The position numbers were made by a program, and so were the translations under genes. From the IMG/VR virus record IMGVR_UViG_3300022698_000267, positions 124,001-188,000 of that record: a stretch of 64,000 bases of DNA; one strand, given 5' to 3'. This document shows, piece after piece, positions 46,667-55,320 of this stretch. Position 1 is the first letter of the stretch, and every line of letters begins with the position of its first letter. A model generated the notes under the pieces. The model saw only the letters and a program-made list of their open reading frames with translations. It had not been told where the DNA came from and searched no databases.

Positions 46667-48538
46667 TTAGTATATTCCTTGATTAATCTGAAGATTATAG
46701 ACTTGACCATTTTTAAGACTGGCTAGTTTCACTTCATCTGAGAAGTACATAGCTTGTATTGATTCTATAGTAATTTCCTGCATTGTGTGAGCTGCCAACT
46801 TTAAGAATCCATTATCATCCACTTTATAAACTAGAAGTCCTGGTATAGATTCTAACACACAGTAAACAAGGTTTTGATAAGCATAGACTTTAATATAGTT
46901 ATTGTTACCAGTACCTCCATCCCAAAGATTTGAATCTACAAATACTGGTCGTTTTGTAATTGAATCTATTTTGAATGAAAATAGGCCTTGTTGTCCTCCT
47001 GCTATAAATAAGAAATGATTGGAAGTTGTCATATCCTTCGATTGAATTAGTCCATATGAGTATCCATTGTGTGCTTGCAATTCATATACTCCATTAGTAC
47101 TTTCAACGTAGAAGGTGTGGATGTAATATCCTCCGTCTGATATTCTATATAGGAAACCTTCTACTGCAACATACTTCTTTGCAGATGGATATGAATATGT
47201 CATTCTATTTGTGTTAAGAAGGCTTATCCCCCCATCTGGATAAGTTAAAAGGTGATGTATAAACGCATCTGAAGATTCTATAAAAAATCTCGAACTATAA
47301 TTTGCAATGGCAGAACTTGGCTTGCTACCAATGTCATATAAATCTAATGGTTCTAAGGTTCCATTGTTCGTTTGAAAAGTTAACAAACCTCCCCCATTAA
47401 ACAAAGTCGTTGTCGTTTCGTAACCATGCCATAGTACAAAAACCATAGTATTTACTGTTAAAACATCTAGCATTTTAACATTTCCATATGACCTTTTAGC
47501 TTTAGGATGCTCTTGAATAAAATTTTTAATTTGTGTATTGTCTATTGTTGTAAGAGTGTTGTTAGTGTCTATTCTATGATAGATTAAATCTGCATCTCCT
47601 CCAGATATAGAAGAAGCTGCTAAAACATTTCTCCCATTACATTTGAATGTTTCTAATGTTTCAGTTGTCTCATCTATTAGCAATGTTCCATCGACTAGTT
47701 CTGCTGCTAATGTTCCATAGGGTGCTTCTAGACTAGCGCTTGAGCTTGCAGAACTACTTGATGTAGAAGAACTTGAACTACTTTTAGAAGAACTTGAACT
47801 ACTTTTAGAAGAACTTGAACTACTTTTAGAAGAAGCAGAACTGCTTGAACTGCTTGATTTTGAAGAAGAACTACTCGAGCTTGAAGAAGAACTACTTGAC
47901 GGTACTATTATTTCTATTGGTACACATAATCCTACAAGTTCAGCATCTGACATTTCTAGTGGATTCCAAGGTCTCCCTGCAATTTTATCGTATGAACTGT
48001 CAGTTTCACAAACTTCTTTATACTCTAATTCTGCACCAGCAGTGCCCTTCTTCCACAGTCCTCCAAGCTTTCCAAGAAGATTAAGAGTAGTGAGAACCAA
48101 TTGACAATTAAGTCCAGCCAGTGGAATGGGACAGTCTGCTTCTAAATCTGCTAAAACCCATGAATAAGGACAGGCTCCACCTTGCAATTTTGGACAAACT
48201 AGAGGATCATACTTATACACGGCATCCCCGTATATTATAGTTTCCAATCTTTGACATAAGGATACAAATCCTGCATAAGGACATACGTGTTCTTTTCCAG
48301 GTAGTAAATCAATATTATAATCTTTTCTATTGTTTTGAACTGGACATTGTCCAAAACATGTTGATCTGCATCCTGGACAATGTTCACGACAGAAACCCAT
48401 TTCTCCATATTCACCAAAACCCATACCAATGTTCCCATCGAAATCTACCATGGATCCACCAATGGGTCTAAAACTACCTTTTTTTGTCAAAGACCATATA
48501 GGATAATTATCTTTGTGACTCCAGAACGAAAAAGGCAT
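46667..48538 (-). CDS. hypothetical: Cys-rich N-terminus, poly-Ser linker, beta-rich C-terminus (possible virion or surface protein)
   Basis: About 15 Cys in the first 200 aa; about 55-aa Ser tract. Confidence 0.6.
   Translation of the reverse strand: MPFSFWSHKDNYPIWSLTKKGSFRPIGGSMVDFDGNIGMGFGEYGEMGFCREHCPGCRSTCFGQCPVQNNRKDYNIDLLPGKEHVCPYAGFVSLCQRLETIIYGDAVYKYDPLVCPKLQGGACPYSWVLADLEADCPIPLAGLNCQLVLTTLNLLGKLGGLWKKGTAGAELEYKEVCETDSSYDKIAGRPWNPLEMSDAELVGLCVPIEIIVPSSSSSSSSSSSSSKSSSSSSSASSKSSSSSSKSSSSSSKSSSSSSTSSSSASSSASLEAPYGTLAAELVDGTLLIDETTETLETFKCNGRNVLAASSISGGDADLIYHRIDTNNTLTTIDNTQIKNFIQEHPKAKRSYGNVKMLDVLTVNTMVFVLWHGYETTTTLFNGGGLLTFQTNNGTLEPLDLYDIGSKPSSAIANYSSRFFIESSDAFIHHLLTYPDGGISLLNTNRMTYSYPSAKKYVAVEGFLYRISDGGYYIHTFYVESTNGVYELQAHNGYSYGLIQSKDMTTSNHFLFIAGGQQGLFSFKIDSITKRPVFVDSNLWDGGTGNNNYIKVYAYQNLVYCVLESIPGLLVYKVDDNGFLKLAAHTMQEITIESIQAMYFSDEVKLASLKNGQVYNLQINQGIY
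47765..47827. repeat. 3 x 21-bp tandem repeat in the poly-Ser linker
   Basis: AGAAGAACTTGAACTACTTTT x3. Confidence 0.9.
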
Positions 48539-48583
48539 TACAGTATAACACTCCTTATTATTCGTAATCTTTGTTAAAGGTTT

Positions 48584-49273
48584 TCAGAATGGAATTTCAC
48601 TTCTAAGATCTTCTAAATCTATAATGCTATCAAATTCTTTCCCTGTTCTGTCGATCCATTCACCATCATGAAATATAGAAGTTATTGTTTCATGTGCATA
48701 TGTTTGATAAAGATCTGCTAGATGTATATATTTGGTCAGAGGAAATTTTTCGATTGCTTCGCTTAAAGAAGCACCAGTGGGATAGAAGAAATGAGTTCCC
48801 GTTTCATGTCGATTAGTATGCCATCTTATAGCACAAGCTTCTTCTGGAGTTACTTGTATATAATTTTGTAGCATGTATAAACTCTTTTCTCCATGACCAA
48901 GAGGAACCATATCATTATGTCCCCAAACTTCAACTTCTTTCCATCTTCCATCAGGTTTTTGCCATTTCATTTGAATTTCATACATTCCAACTTTACAAAG
49001 ATCATGAAAGATTGAAACTAGGAATATAGTATCTGAACCTAATTCTTTAAATTCTTCTGGAGATCTCTTAAGAAGCATTTGCAATCTTTTATATACTCCC
49101 CATGAGTGTAGAAATAAACCTCCTGAGAAGGCTGCATGAAATTTGGTGGATGATGGGGCCGTGAAGAAATCAGAACTTAATAAGAAATCAACGAATCCAA
49201 TTGCATCACCTCTTTCTTTCAATAAATCTCTACAATCTCTAATCACTTTAATTGCACATTCTTGAGCATTCAT
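48584..49273 (-). CDS. HD-domain phosphohydrolase
   Basis: TAPSSTKFH..GGL.LHS, FHDLCK, GHGEKS, AIRWH. Confidence 0.85.
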   Translation of the reverse strand: MNAQECAIKVIRDCRDLLKERGDAIGFVDFLLSSDFFTAPSSTKFHAAFSGGLFLHSWGVYKRLQMLLKRSPEEFKELGSDTIFLVSIFHDLCKVGMYEIQMKWQKPDGRWKEVEVWGHNDMVPLGHGEKSLYMLQNYIQVTPEEACAIRWHTNRHETGTHFFYPTGASLSEAIEKFPLTKYIHLADLYQTYAHETITSIFHDGEWIDRTGKEFDSIIDLEDLRSEIPF

Positions 49274-49347
49274 CTTTTTCCTCCAGATATTTTTTATTAT
49301 TTAGTATCAATATAAAACATTCTGAAAATCCTATTGTTTAAATTCTT

Positions 49348-51096
49348 TTGGAGGAGCTTCTCTTGAAATCTAATCAATCTACCTGTCCAATTTGTAATAG
49401 CGATGATGTCATTTGTTACATGAAAAAAGATCTTTCGAAATGTCTGGAATGTGAACACGTTTGGCAATCGAGTTTAAACGTAACTCAGACTTACAACAAG
49501 GATTATTGTACCAAACGATATGACAATGAATCTTCTGATAAAATGGCATACTTACGAGCTGGTTTTGTTTTATCCTGTTCTTCTTTATTATCAGGAGCCA
49601 AAATTTCTAACACTCGTACTATCTGTGATATAGGTTATGGAATGGGTCATTTCTTGAAAACTATCGAGTGTTTTGATTTTAAAACTTATGGAATTGATGT
49701 CCATGGAGGAGATTTTGGGATACAGGAATGTAATTATGACTCAGATATTCACTTTTCTGTTGTTACAATGTTTGATTCCTTAGAACATCTTGAGGATCCT
49801 CTTTTAATTTCTAAAATGTCCACTGATTTGTATATTGTGACATTGCCAAATACACCAATGGACATTGCAGATTTCATTACTTGGAAGCATTATAGGCCTG
49901 GAGAGCATCTCCACTACTTTTCCAGAAAATCTTTGGAAACAACATTAAATTCCAAAATTATTAGCGAGATTGATTTAGAGGATGTTATAAGAAAGGGAGA
50001 TATTGCACATAAAGGTGTTTTCGGAAATTCTAATACAATTACATTAATTTTAAAACCAAATGATAGGGAAGAAAAACCACTTTTTGTTTCGTCTAACTCT
50101 TTTGAAGTAGAAAAGCCAGTAGAAAAGGTTACACCTCCAAAAGAATTAGAAACTTTGACTGTTAAAACCATAGATGGAGTTGGTGATGTTTGGTGGACTT
50201 ATAATAGAGTAAAAGACCTTGCAGAAAAGATACATTTACAAATTTATATGAATACTTTTTCAAAAGAGAGGCGTGGACAAAGACTTGAGAGACCAAGAAG
50301 GGCTCATCAGTTGATAGAAATGCTTCCAAATGCTTCTTATGAGTACATGCCATGTACTGATGACGATTACTTGCGGGTCTACAAAGGCTGTGCACCAGCA
50401 ACTCTTACACAATCACAATTGGTAGCAGCCCTTCGAAATGGCAGTGGTTATTCTGCTTGTGTAAACTCCCTTATGGAGACTGGAATTCACTTACAAGATG
50501 TTTGGAAAATGCCTTTAAGTTATCATAAGTTGAGTTTGGAAAAAAATGCCAATCTGAAATTATTAGATTCCGTAAATCTTAAGAAATTGGTATTTTTACA
50601 TGGAGCAACTTATGGAAATAGAAAAGTATGGGCAGATATGCCTCCTGATACCCTGGCATCTTTGGCAAAAGATCTATCCATTAATTTTGGTTTAGATATT
50701 GGTTTGATTGGAAGTGAGTATGATAACGTTGATTGGGATGTTTTAAAGAAGAAAGTTAGAAATGCTATTGGAAGATCTCCCTTTATGTTAGTCGGTGAAC
50801 ACTTATCTACTTCATTGTTAGCAATTCATAGATCACTTGGTTGGGTTGGTCCCATATGTGGAGTTGGAATTGTTGCTTTAACAATGGGTGACCCAATTTT
50901 TGCCTTATGGCCTAAACATCATCATAGAATGGTCAATACAATTAGTAATCCTTCAATATCTCCAAATCCACCCTATTTCCCATTTCTGTGCGAAAATTTC
51001 TATAAGGGAATTCCAACATCAGATGTTGTTTCTAAACTTCGATCTGATGTTCTTCGATGGGCAAAGAAGGCAGTCGATTACAGAAAACTCAGTTGA
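49348..51096 (+). CDS. class I SAM methyltransferase fused to a glycosyltransferase (GT9-like) domain
   Basis: CPIC..CLEC, DIGYGMGHF, MFDSLEH, GEHLHYFS; DGVGD and FLHGA..W in the C-terminal half; start uncertain. Confidence 0.65.
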   Translation: MEELLLKSNQSTCPICNSDDVICYMKKDLSKCLECEHVWQSSLNVTQTYNKDYCTKRYDNESSDKMAYLRAGFVLSCSSLLSGAKISNTRTICDIGYGMGHFLKTIECFDFKTYGIDVHGGDFGIQECNYDSDIHFSVVTMFDSLEHLEDPLLISKMSTDLYIVTLPNTPMDIADFITWKHYRPGEHLHYFSRKSLETTLNSKIISEIDLEDVIRKGDIAHKGVFGNSNTITLILKPNDREEKPLFVSSNSFEVEKPVEKVTPPKELETLTVKTIDGVGDVWWTYNRVKDLAEKIHLQIYMNTFSKERRGQRLERPRRAHQLIEMLPNASYEYMPCTDDDYLRVYKGCAPATLTQSQLVAALRNGSGYSACVNSLMETGIHLQDVWKMPLSYHKLSLEKNANLKLLDSVNLKKLVFLHGATYGNRKVWADMPPDTLASLAKDLSINFGLDIGLIGSEYDNVDWDVLKKKVRNAIGRSPFMLVGEHLSTSLLAIHRSLGWVGPICGVGIVALTMGDPIFALWPKHHHRMVNTISNPSISPNPPYFPFLCENFYKGIPTSDVVSKLRSDVLRWAKKAVDYRKLS

Positions 51097-51161
51097 AATA
51101 CTAAAACACCTCTGTGAGATACTAATTATATTTAAAGATAACCGCTCATGGAGGTATTTGT

Positions 51162-51647
51162 ATGTCTACACAAGATGTTCCTGGTTTTGGTTGTGCAGTT
51201 CGTGATGAACTTGCAATTGGTGTCTGGGGTGAACATCCAGACGGTTCCCTTATTTTAATTGAAGGTGTTGAGCAAGGCAGAGTTGTATTTTCCATGTTTG
51301 ATATGGAACCAACACCTCCCATCGAGTATCGAGATTCTCTTCCTGAAGATCAATTTAAACGTCAATTTTCATTCAGTTCCAGTGATAGTATTGTCAAAGA
51401 TGGTTGGCAATGGCATGACAAAACTCAGTTTCCCTGGAACAAAATCATGGATAATTTCCCAGATGGAACCAGATTCCCTTCCGCCGATGTTATCATGAAT
51501 GAAGCTCAAAGACTGGCTAGAGTTCGTTCTCTCAAGGGTGGTGTAGTTAAAAGAGAGAATTATGAGCACATGATTAAAAAAGTTGGAAGAAAGGGCAAAA
51601 TCATTGTTGATAAAATTCAACGAGCAATTGGTGAATTGAGGATCTAA
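51162..51647 (+). CDS. hypothetical protein
   Basis: GGAGG RBS. Confidence 0.7.
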   Translation: MSTQDVPGFGCAVRDELAIGVWGEHPDGSLILIEGVEQGRVVFSMFDMEPTPPIEYRDSLPEDQFKRQFSFSSSDSIVKDGWQWHDKTQFPWNKIMDNFPDGTRFPSADVIMNEAQRLARVRSLKGGVVKRENYEHMIKKVGRKGKIIVDKIQRAIGELRI

Positions 51648-52229
51648 AATGGCAGGGTCCTACCGTCATATCACAGATTCGGAAAATAATTTTTGTGGTT
51701 TAGAATCTATCGATAATCTTGGTGATGCTGTCGAAGCCCTTGAAGAGTGTTACTATATGATTCTACAACTTGCAGATGGTAAGAAAGAAAAGATTCATGA
51801 GGCATGGCTTCATGGATATGCATTAAAATTCTTGCCAGAAAGTAATCAGGATCTTTTTACCTATGATCGTTTTTGGGAGTAACTATGAATTTTATTCAAG
51901 CTTGTTGTAGAGGGAAAGAAGCAATTAATAAAATAGATGATTATGTTGATCAATGGCATGAAAATCATACCCATGAGCCTTTACACATATTTTTGGGTAT
52001 GACATACTTTGAATACAAAGTATGGTTAGAATCTAAAGATCCGGAGAATGTACTTTTGGAGGTTATTAAAAGTCACAAGAGCACAGTAATCGTAAATGTC
52101 AAAAATTTTGAACAAGAAATCGAAATGTTCCAATCAACATCGATATATCAAAATAAATCAACAGGATATAAAAATGGTTTTATCGATTGTGTTTCTTTAT
52201 CAAAACAAATAATTGAAGAAAGATATTAA

Positions 52230-52340
52230 TGTGGGTATAGCTTAAAGGTAAAGCGCCTGATCTAGTGAAAGAATGTAATGGTTGGTCACCTTGCCCTTTC
52301 TCGGTCAGGAGAAAATGTTCGAATCATTTGCCCACAACCA
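52230..52340 (+). ncRNA. tRNA-like RNA with a 44-nt extension in place of the anticodon loop
   Basis: TGTGGGT/GCCCACA + A + CCA, D arm GCTT/AAGC, CCTGA/TCAGG stem, T arm AAATG-TTCGAAT-CATTT. Confidence 0.75.
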
Positions 52341-52795
52341 AAGGAAACTTCTATGGACAGTTCTTATAGAGATATACCAATAGTCGAAGATGATATGGGT
52401 GAAGGTTTCAAAGATCCCATCGAAGAAAACGAAAGTGAAAAGGATAGGTCACAGAGGGAACATTACAAATTATTGGCTAAATTGAAAGATGCTGAAACAC
52501 ATAATCATGTGCTTGCGCATCTGACCAAGAATCAATTCTTTCCTGGAAAAAGGGGAAATCGTTAAGGAGATTGCAATGGCAACGGAATTAGCAAATGCAG
52601 TCAAAGTTTTATCTAATGCTCTGAAAGAGGATGAAGGATTATATATGGCATATCAATCAAATATTGCAGTAGCTTTTCAGGATGAATTTGCAAGAAGCAC
52701 TCTTAAATATAAGAATAGAGAGGAAGTTCACCGAATTTCTAATGAGGCAGCAAAGAATTTTCTGAATACTCTGATTTTTCTCAATAGAGGGTAAA

Positions 52796-53197
52796 ATGGC
52801 CGGCAAAAAAGTCTACTGTGAAAGTTGTCGAAAGTCGTATACAGCTAATAGCAAATTGAACGAAGATGGTGATTTAGTTAGAATATGTCCTCATTGTTTA
52901 CGGGAAGATCCTGTTAAACCAATTCGAACTGACACTCATTGCACTGAATGTTCAAAGAACTTTATTTCAGAAGTAGACGTGACGATAAACGGGGATCATG
53001 TTGTAATTTGCCCTTATTGTGGACATGAACATTGTCGGGTGGTTGAAGATGGCGTTATTACCAGTGACAGATGGAGCACTAGATCTCATAGGAAAGATGT
53101 CTTTGCAAAAGTTTGGAAATCGAACAACTTTCCTATCCAAACTTCTACAGCCTCCCAGTTTCTTAGAGATAAGTGGCTTAGGGTCGGGGTACAATAA
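52796..53197 (+). CDS. multi-CxxC zinc-ribbon protein
   Basis: CESC, CPHC, CTEC, CPYC. Confidence 0.7.
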   Translation: MAGKKVYCESCRKSYTANSKLNEDGDLVRICPHCLREDPVKPIRTDTHCTECSKNFISEVDVTINGDHVVICPYCGHEHCRVVEDGVITSDRWSTRSHRKDVFAKVWKSNNFPIQTSTASQFLRDKWLRVGVQ

Positions 53198-53198
53198 T

Positions 53199-53840
53199 AC
53201 GATGATAAATTCAGGAACTGCAACGTCGATGTATTATGATACAGGAACAGCTTCTACAGCATATGATACAAATGCTTACGTTACTTTTACTACGTCAGAT
53301 TCCATTGTTAGTACAGGTAGTGGAAGTGCACAAGTTGTTCAAATTCAGCATCATTACCCAGACATTCAAGAAATGTTAGAGGATAATGGTGCTCGCATAG
53401 ATTTCGCCACTAAATTAAAGATGAAAGACGGCTCTATTATTCATGTAGATAAAAAAGGTAACTTTCGAATTGATGATAAAAATGCCAAGGTTATTTACAA
53501 GGGTAATAATATTCGAGAGTTTAATAGATACATTAATGCTTCCGATATTATAGAGGAGTTTATTCGATTCTTAGGTCAGGAATTTCATGTAAAACAGGAG
53601 CAAATTTTGCAGGTTCCATTGGAACTTTTTATCAATTTTCTCATTCTTAGAGCTAGTGAAGAAGATGGTGATAATTGTGATAATGAAATCAAGGCTTTAA
53701 CCATTGGTGCTAAGAAGAATAGATACTATAATCGTTGTAAATGGTGTGGTAAATTCATTCCAAAGAAGTTAATTGAGGCAGGAATACAATTCTGCAATCC
53801 AGAACACTATCAATTTAAATTAAGACAAATTAACTGCTAA
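53199..53840 (+). CDS. hypothetical protein with C-terminal CxxC
   Basis: Long ORF; start uncertain. Confidence 0.55.
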   Translation, partial: TMINSGTATSMYYDTGTASTAYDTNAYVTFTTSDSIVSTGSGSAQVVQIQHHYPDIQEMLEDNGARIDFATKLKMKDGSIIHVDKKGNFRIDDKNAKVIYKGNNIREFNRYINASDIIEEFIRFLGQEFHVKQEQILQVPLELFINFLILRASEEDGDNCDNEIKALTIGAKKNRYYNRCKWCGKFIPKKLIEAGIQFCNPEHYQFKLRQINC

Positions 53841-54175
53841 TTCCAATTTCTTTCCTTTTATGGAATAATCACTGGATAATTCGTAGGAAACTCCAGAATC
53901 AATATTAGTTACATATACGTTATGTATGTTTTTAAAACTAAGAAGATATGATATCATAGCTTTAGTTTTATTTTCTCTTGGTTTTGGATGTTGTGTAACA
54001 CTAAGTATGAAGTCTCTTCTGGTTTCTGGAACGAATTTCAAGTCAATTGCTTTTGTTTTCGTTAAATCCCTCGATTTTGGAATTATAACCCATATTTCCT
54101 CAATGTTATTATCCATCAAGATTTCTTTTAACTTTCCAGATTTCATTATATTTCCCTCATACTTTTTCAAATGTT

Positions 54176-55048
54176 TTACCGTTCGAATGCATTAATCCAG
54201 TCTTCGAAAACATGATGTCTTAAAAATGAAGCAAATTCATATCTATCGAAAACCTGTCTTAATTTTCTTCTGTCTATAGAATCCTGAGTCACATCATTTG
54301 TAATGTCAAATTTGCCTTCATGCAAAGGCAATTTTACCAATTCTAGGTTTCTTCTATAGATTTCCTTTCCTTCCTCTGATTCGATTCTTCCTTTTACGAC
54401 ACCACTTTTCATTTCACCTTTGATATATTTTATAGCTTTTATGGCACCAACACCCTCTATTCCTGGAACTTCGTCAGATTTGCACCCTCCTAAAGCTTTT
54501 ACATCTACCCATTCTTGTGGTGTGACGTCTCGATACTTCTTAGCAAGATCTTTAATTCCAAATCTTTTCCCACCTTTTATTTTATACATTATGACATTCT
54601 CATCTAGTAGTTGATACAAATCTTCATCCGAACTCACAATGATATTTTTTCCTTCTAAACCTCTTGATAGATGACAAATTAGATCATCTGCTTCATATCC
54701 AGTTTTCATAAAGGAGTTATTAAATCCAATTTCAGGAAGAACAGATTCTCGTATTTTTGATATTTGTTCATGTGTCATCATAATCCTGGCGAGATCTTCT
54801 GGTGATAGCTCCTTCTTCTTGTCTGATCGTTTCCTTTTATAGTCTGGAAACATTAATTTTCTATACGATTTTCTGGAATCCCAACAGAAATAGAAATTGT
54901 TGGTTTCGAATTTTTTAGATAATGCTAGTACTTGCTTCAAAAATCCATAAATTACACCGACCTCTTGGTCGTCTGTTGACATTTCTGGTAAAGCAAATGA
55001 ACTAGACCAACAAACGTAATGACAATCCATAATGATATTCGTTTTCAA
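54176..55048 (-). CDS. 5'-3' exonuclease / flap endonuclease (PolI N-terminal, T4 RNase H-like)
   Basis: CWDSRKSYRK..YK.KR, GYEADD, SSDEDLYQL, GCKSDEVPGIEGVG. Confidence 0.9.
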   Translation of the reverse strand: MKTNIIMDCHYVCWSSSFALPEMSTDDQEVGVIYGFLKQVLALSKKFETNNFYFCWDSRKSYRKLMFPDYKRKRSDKKKELSPEDLARIMMTHEQISKIRESVLPEIGFNNSFMKTGYEADDLICHLSRGLEGKNIIVSSDEDLYQLLDENVIMYKIKGGKRFGIKDLAKKYRDVTPQEWVDVKALGGCKSDEVPGIEGVGAIKAIKYIKGEMKSGVVKGRIESEEGKEIYRRNLELVKLPLHEGKFDITNDVTQDSIDRRKLRQVFDRYEFASFLRHHVFEDWINAFER

Positions 55049-55320
55049 ATCAAACCCCCCTCTAAAATTTTACTAAATTTAGTATTCAAAAGTGTTATTA
55101 AAACTTTAGTTATAGATTCAATATAGTTACATTCCTTTTAGATTTCAAAAAAATACTAAAATTATATAAAGAAAATGCAAACAGAATATTCAAATAAATG
55201 TGACAAATGTAAAAAGATAACGGAAGCTAGGATTTTTTACATGCCAGTTTTGGATGGTGACTACCCGTATCTTTGTAAAGAATGTTGGAATAGGATTACT
55301 AAATTACTTGAAGAGGATAA

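Noticed and set aside
52278-52351. N-terminal part of ORF 52278-52565
   Set aside because: It overlaps the tRNA-like RNA; a downstream ATG (about 52352) behind AAGGA is the more plausible start.
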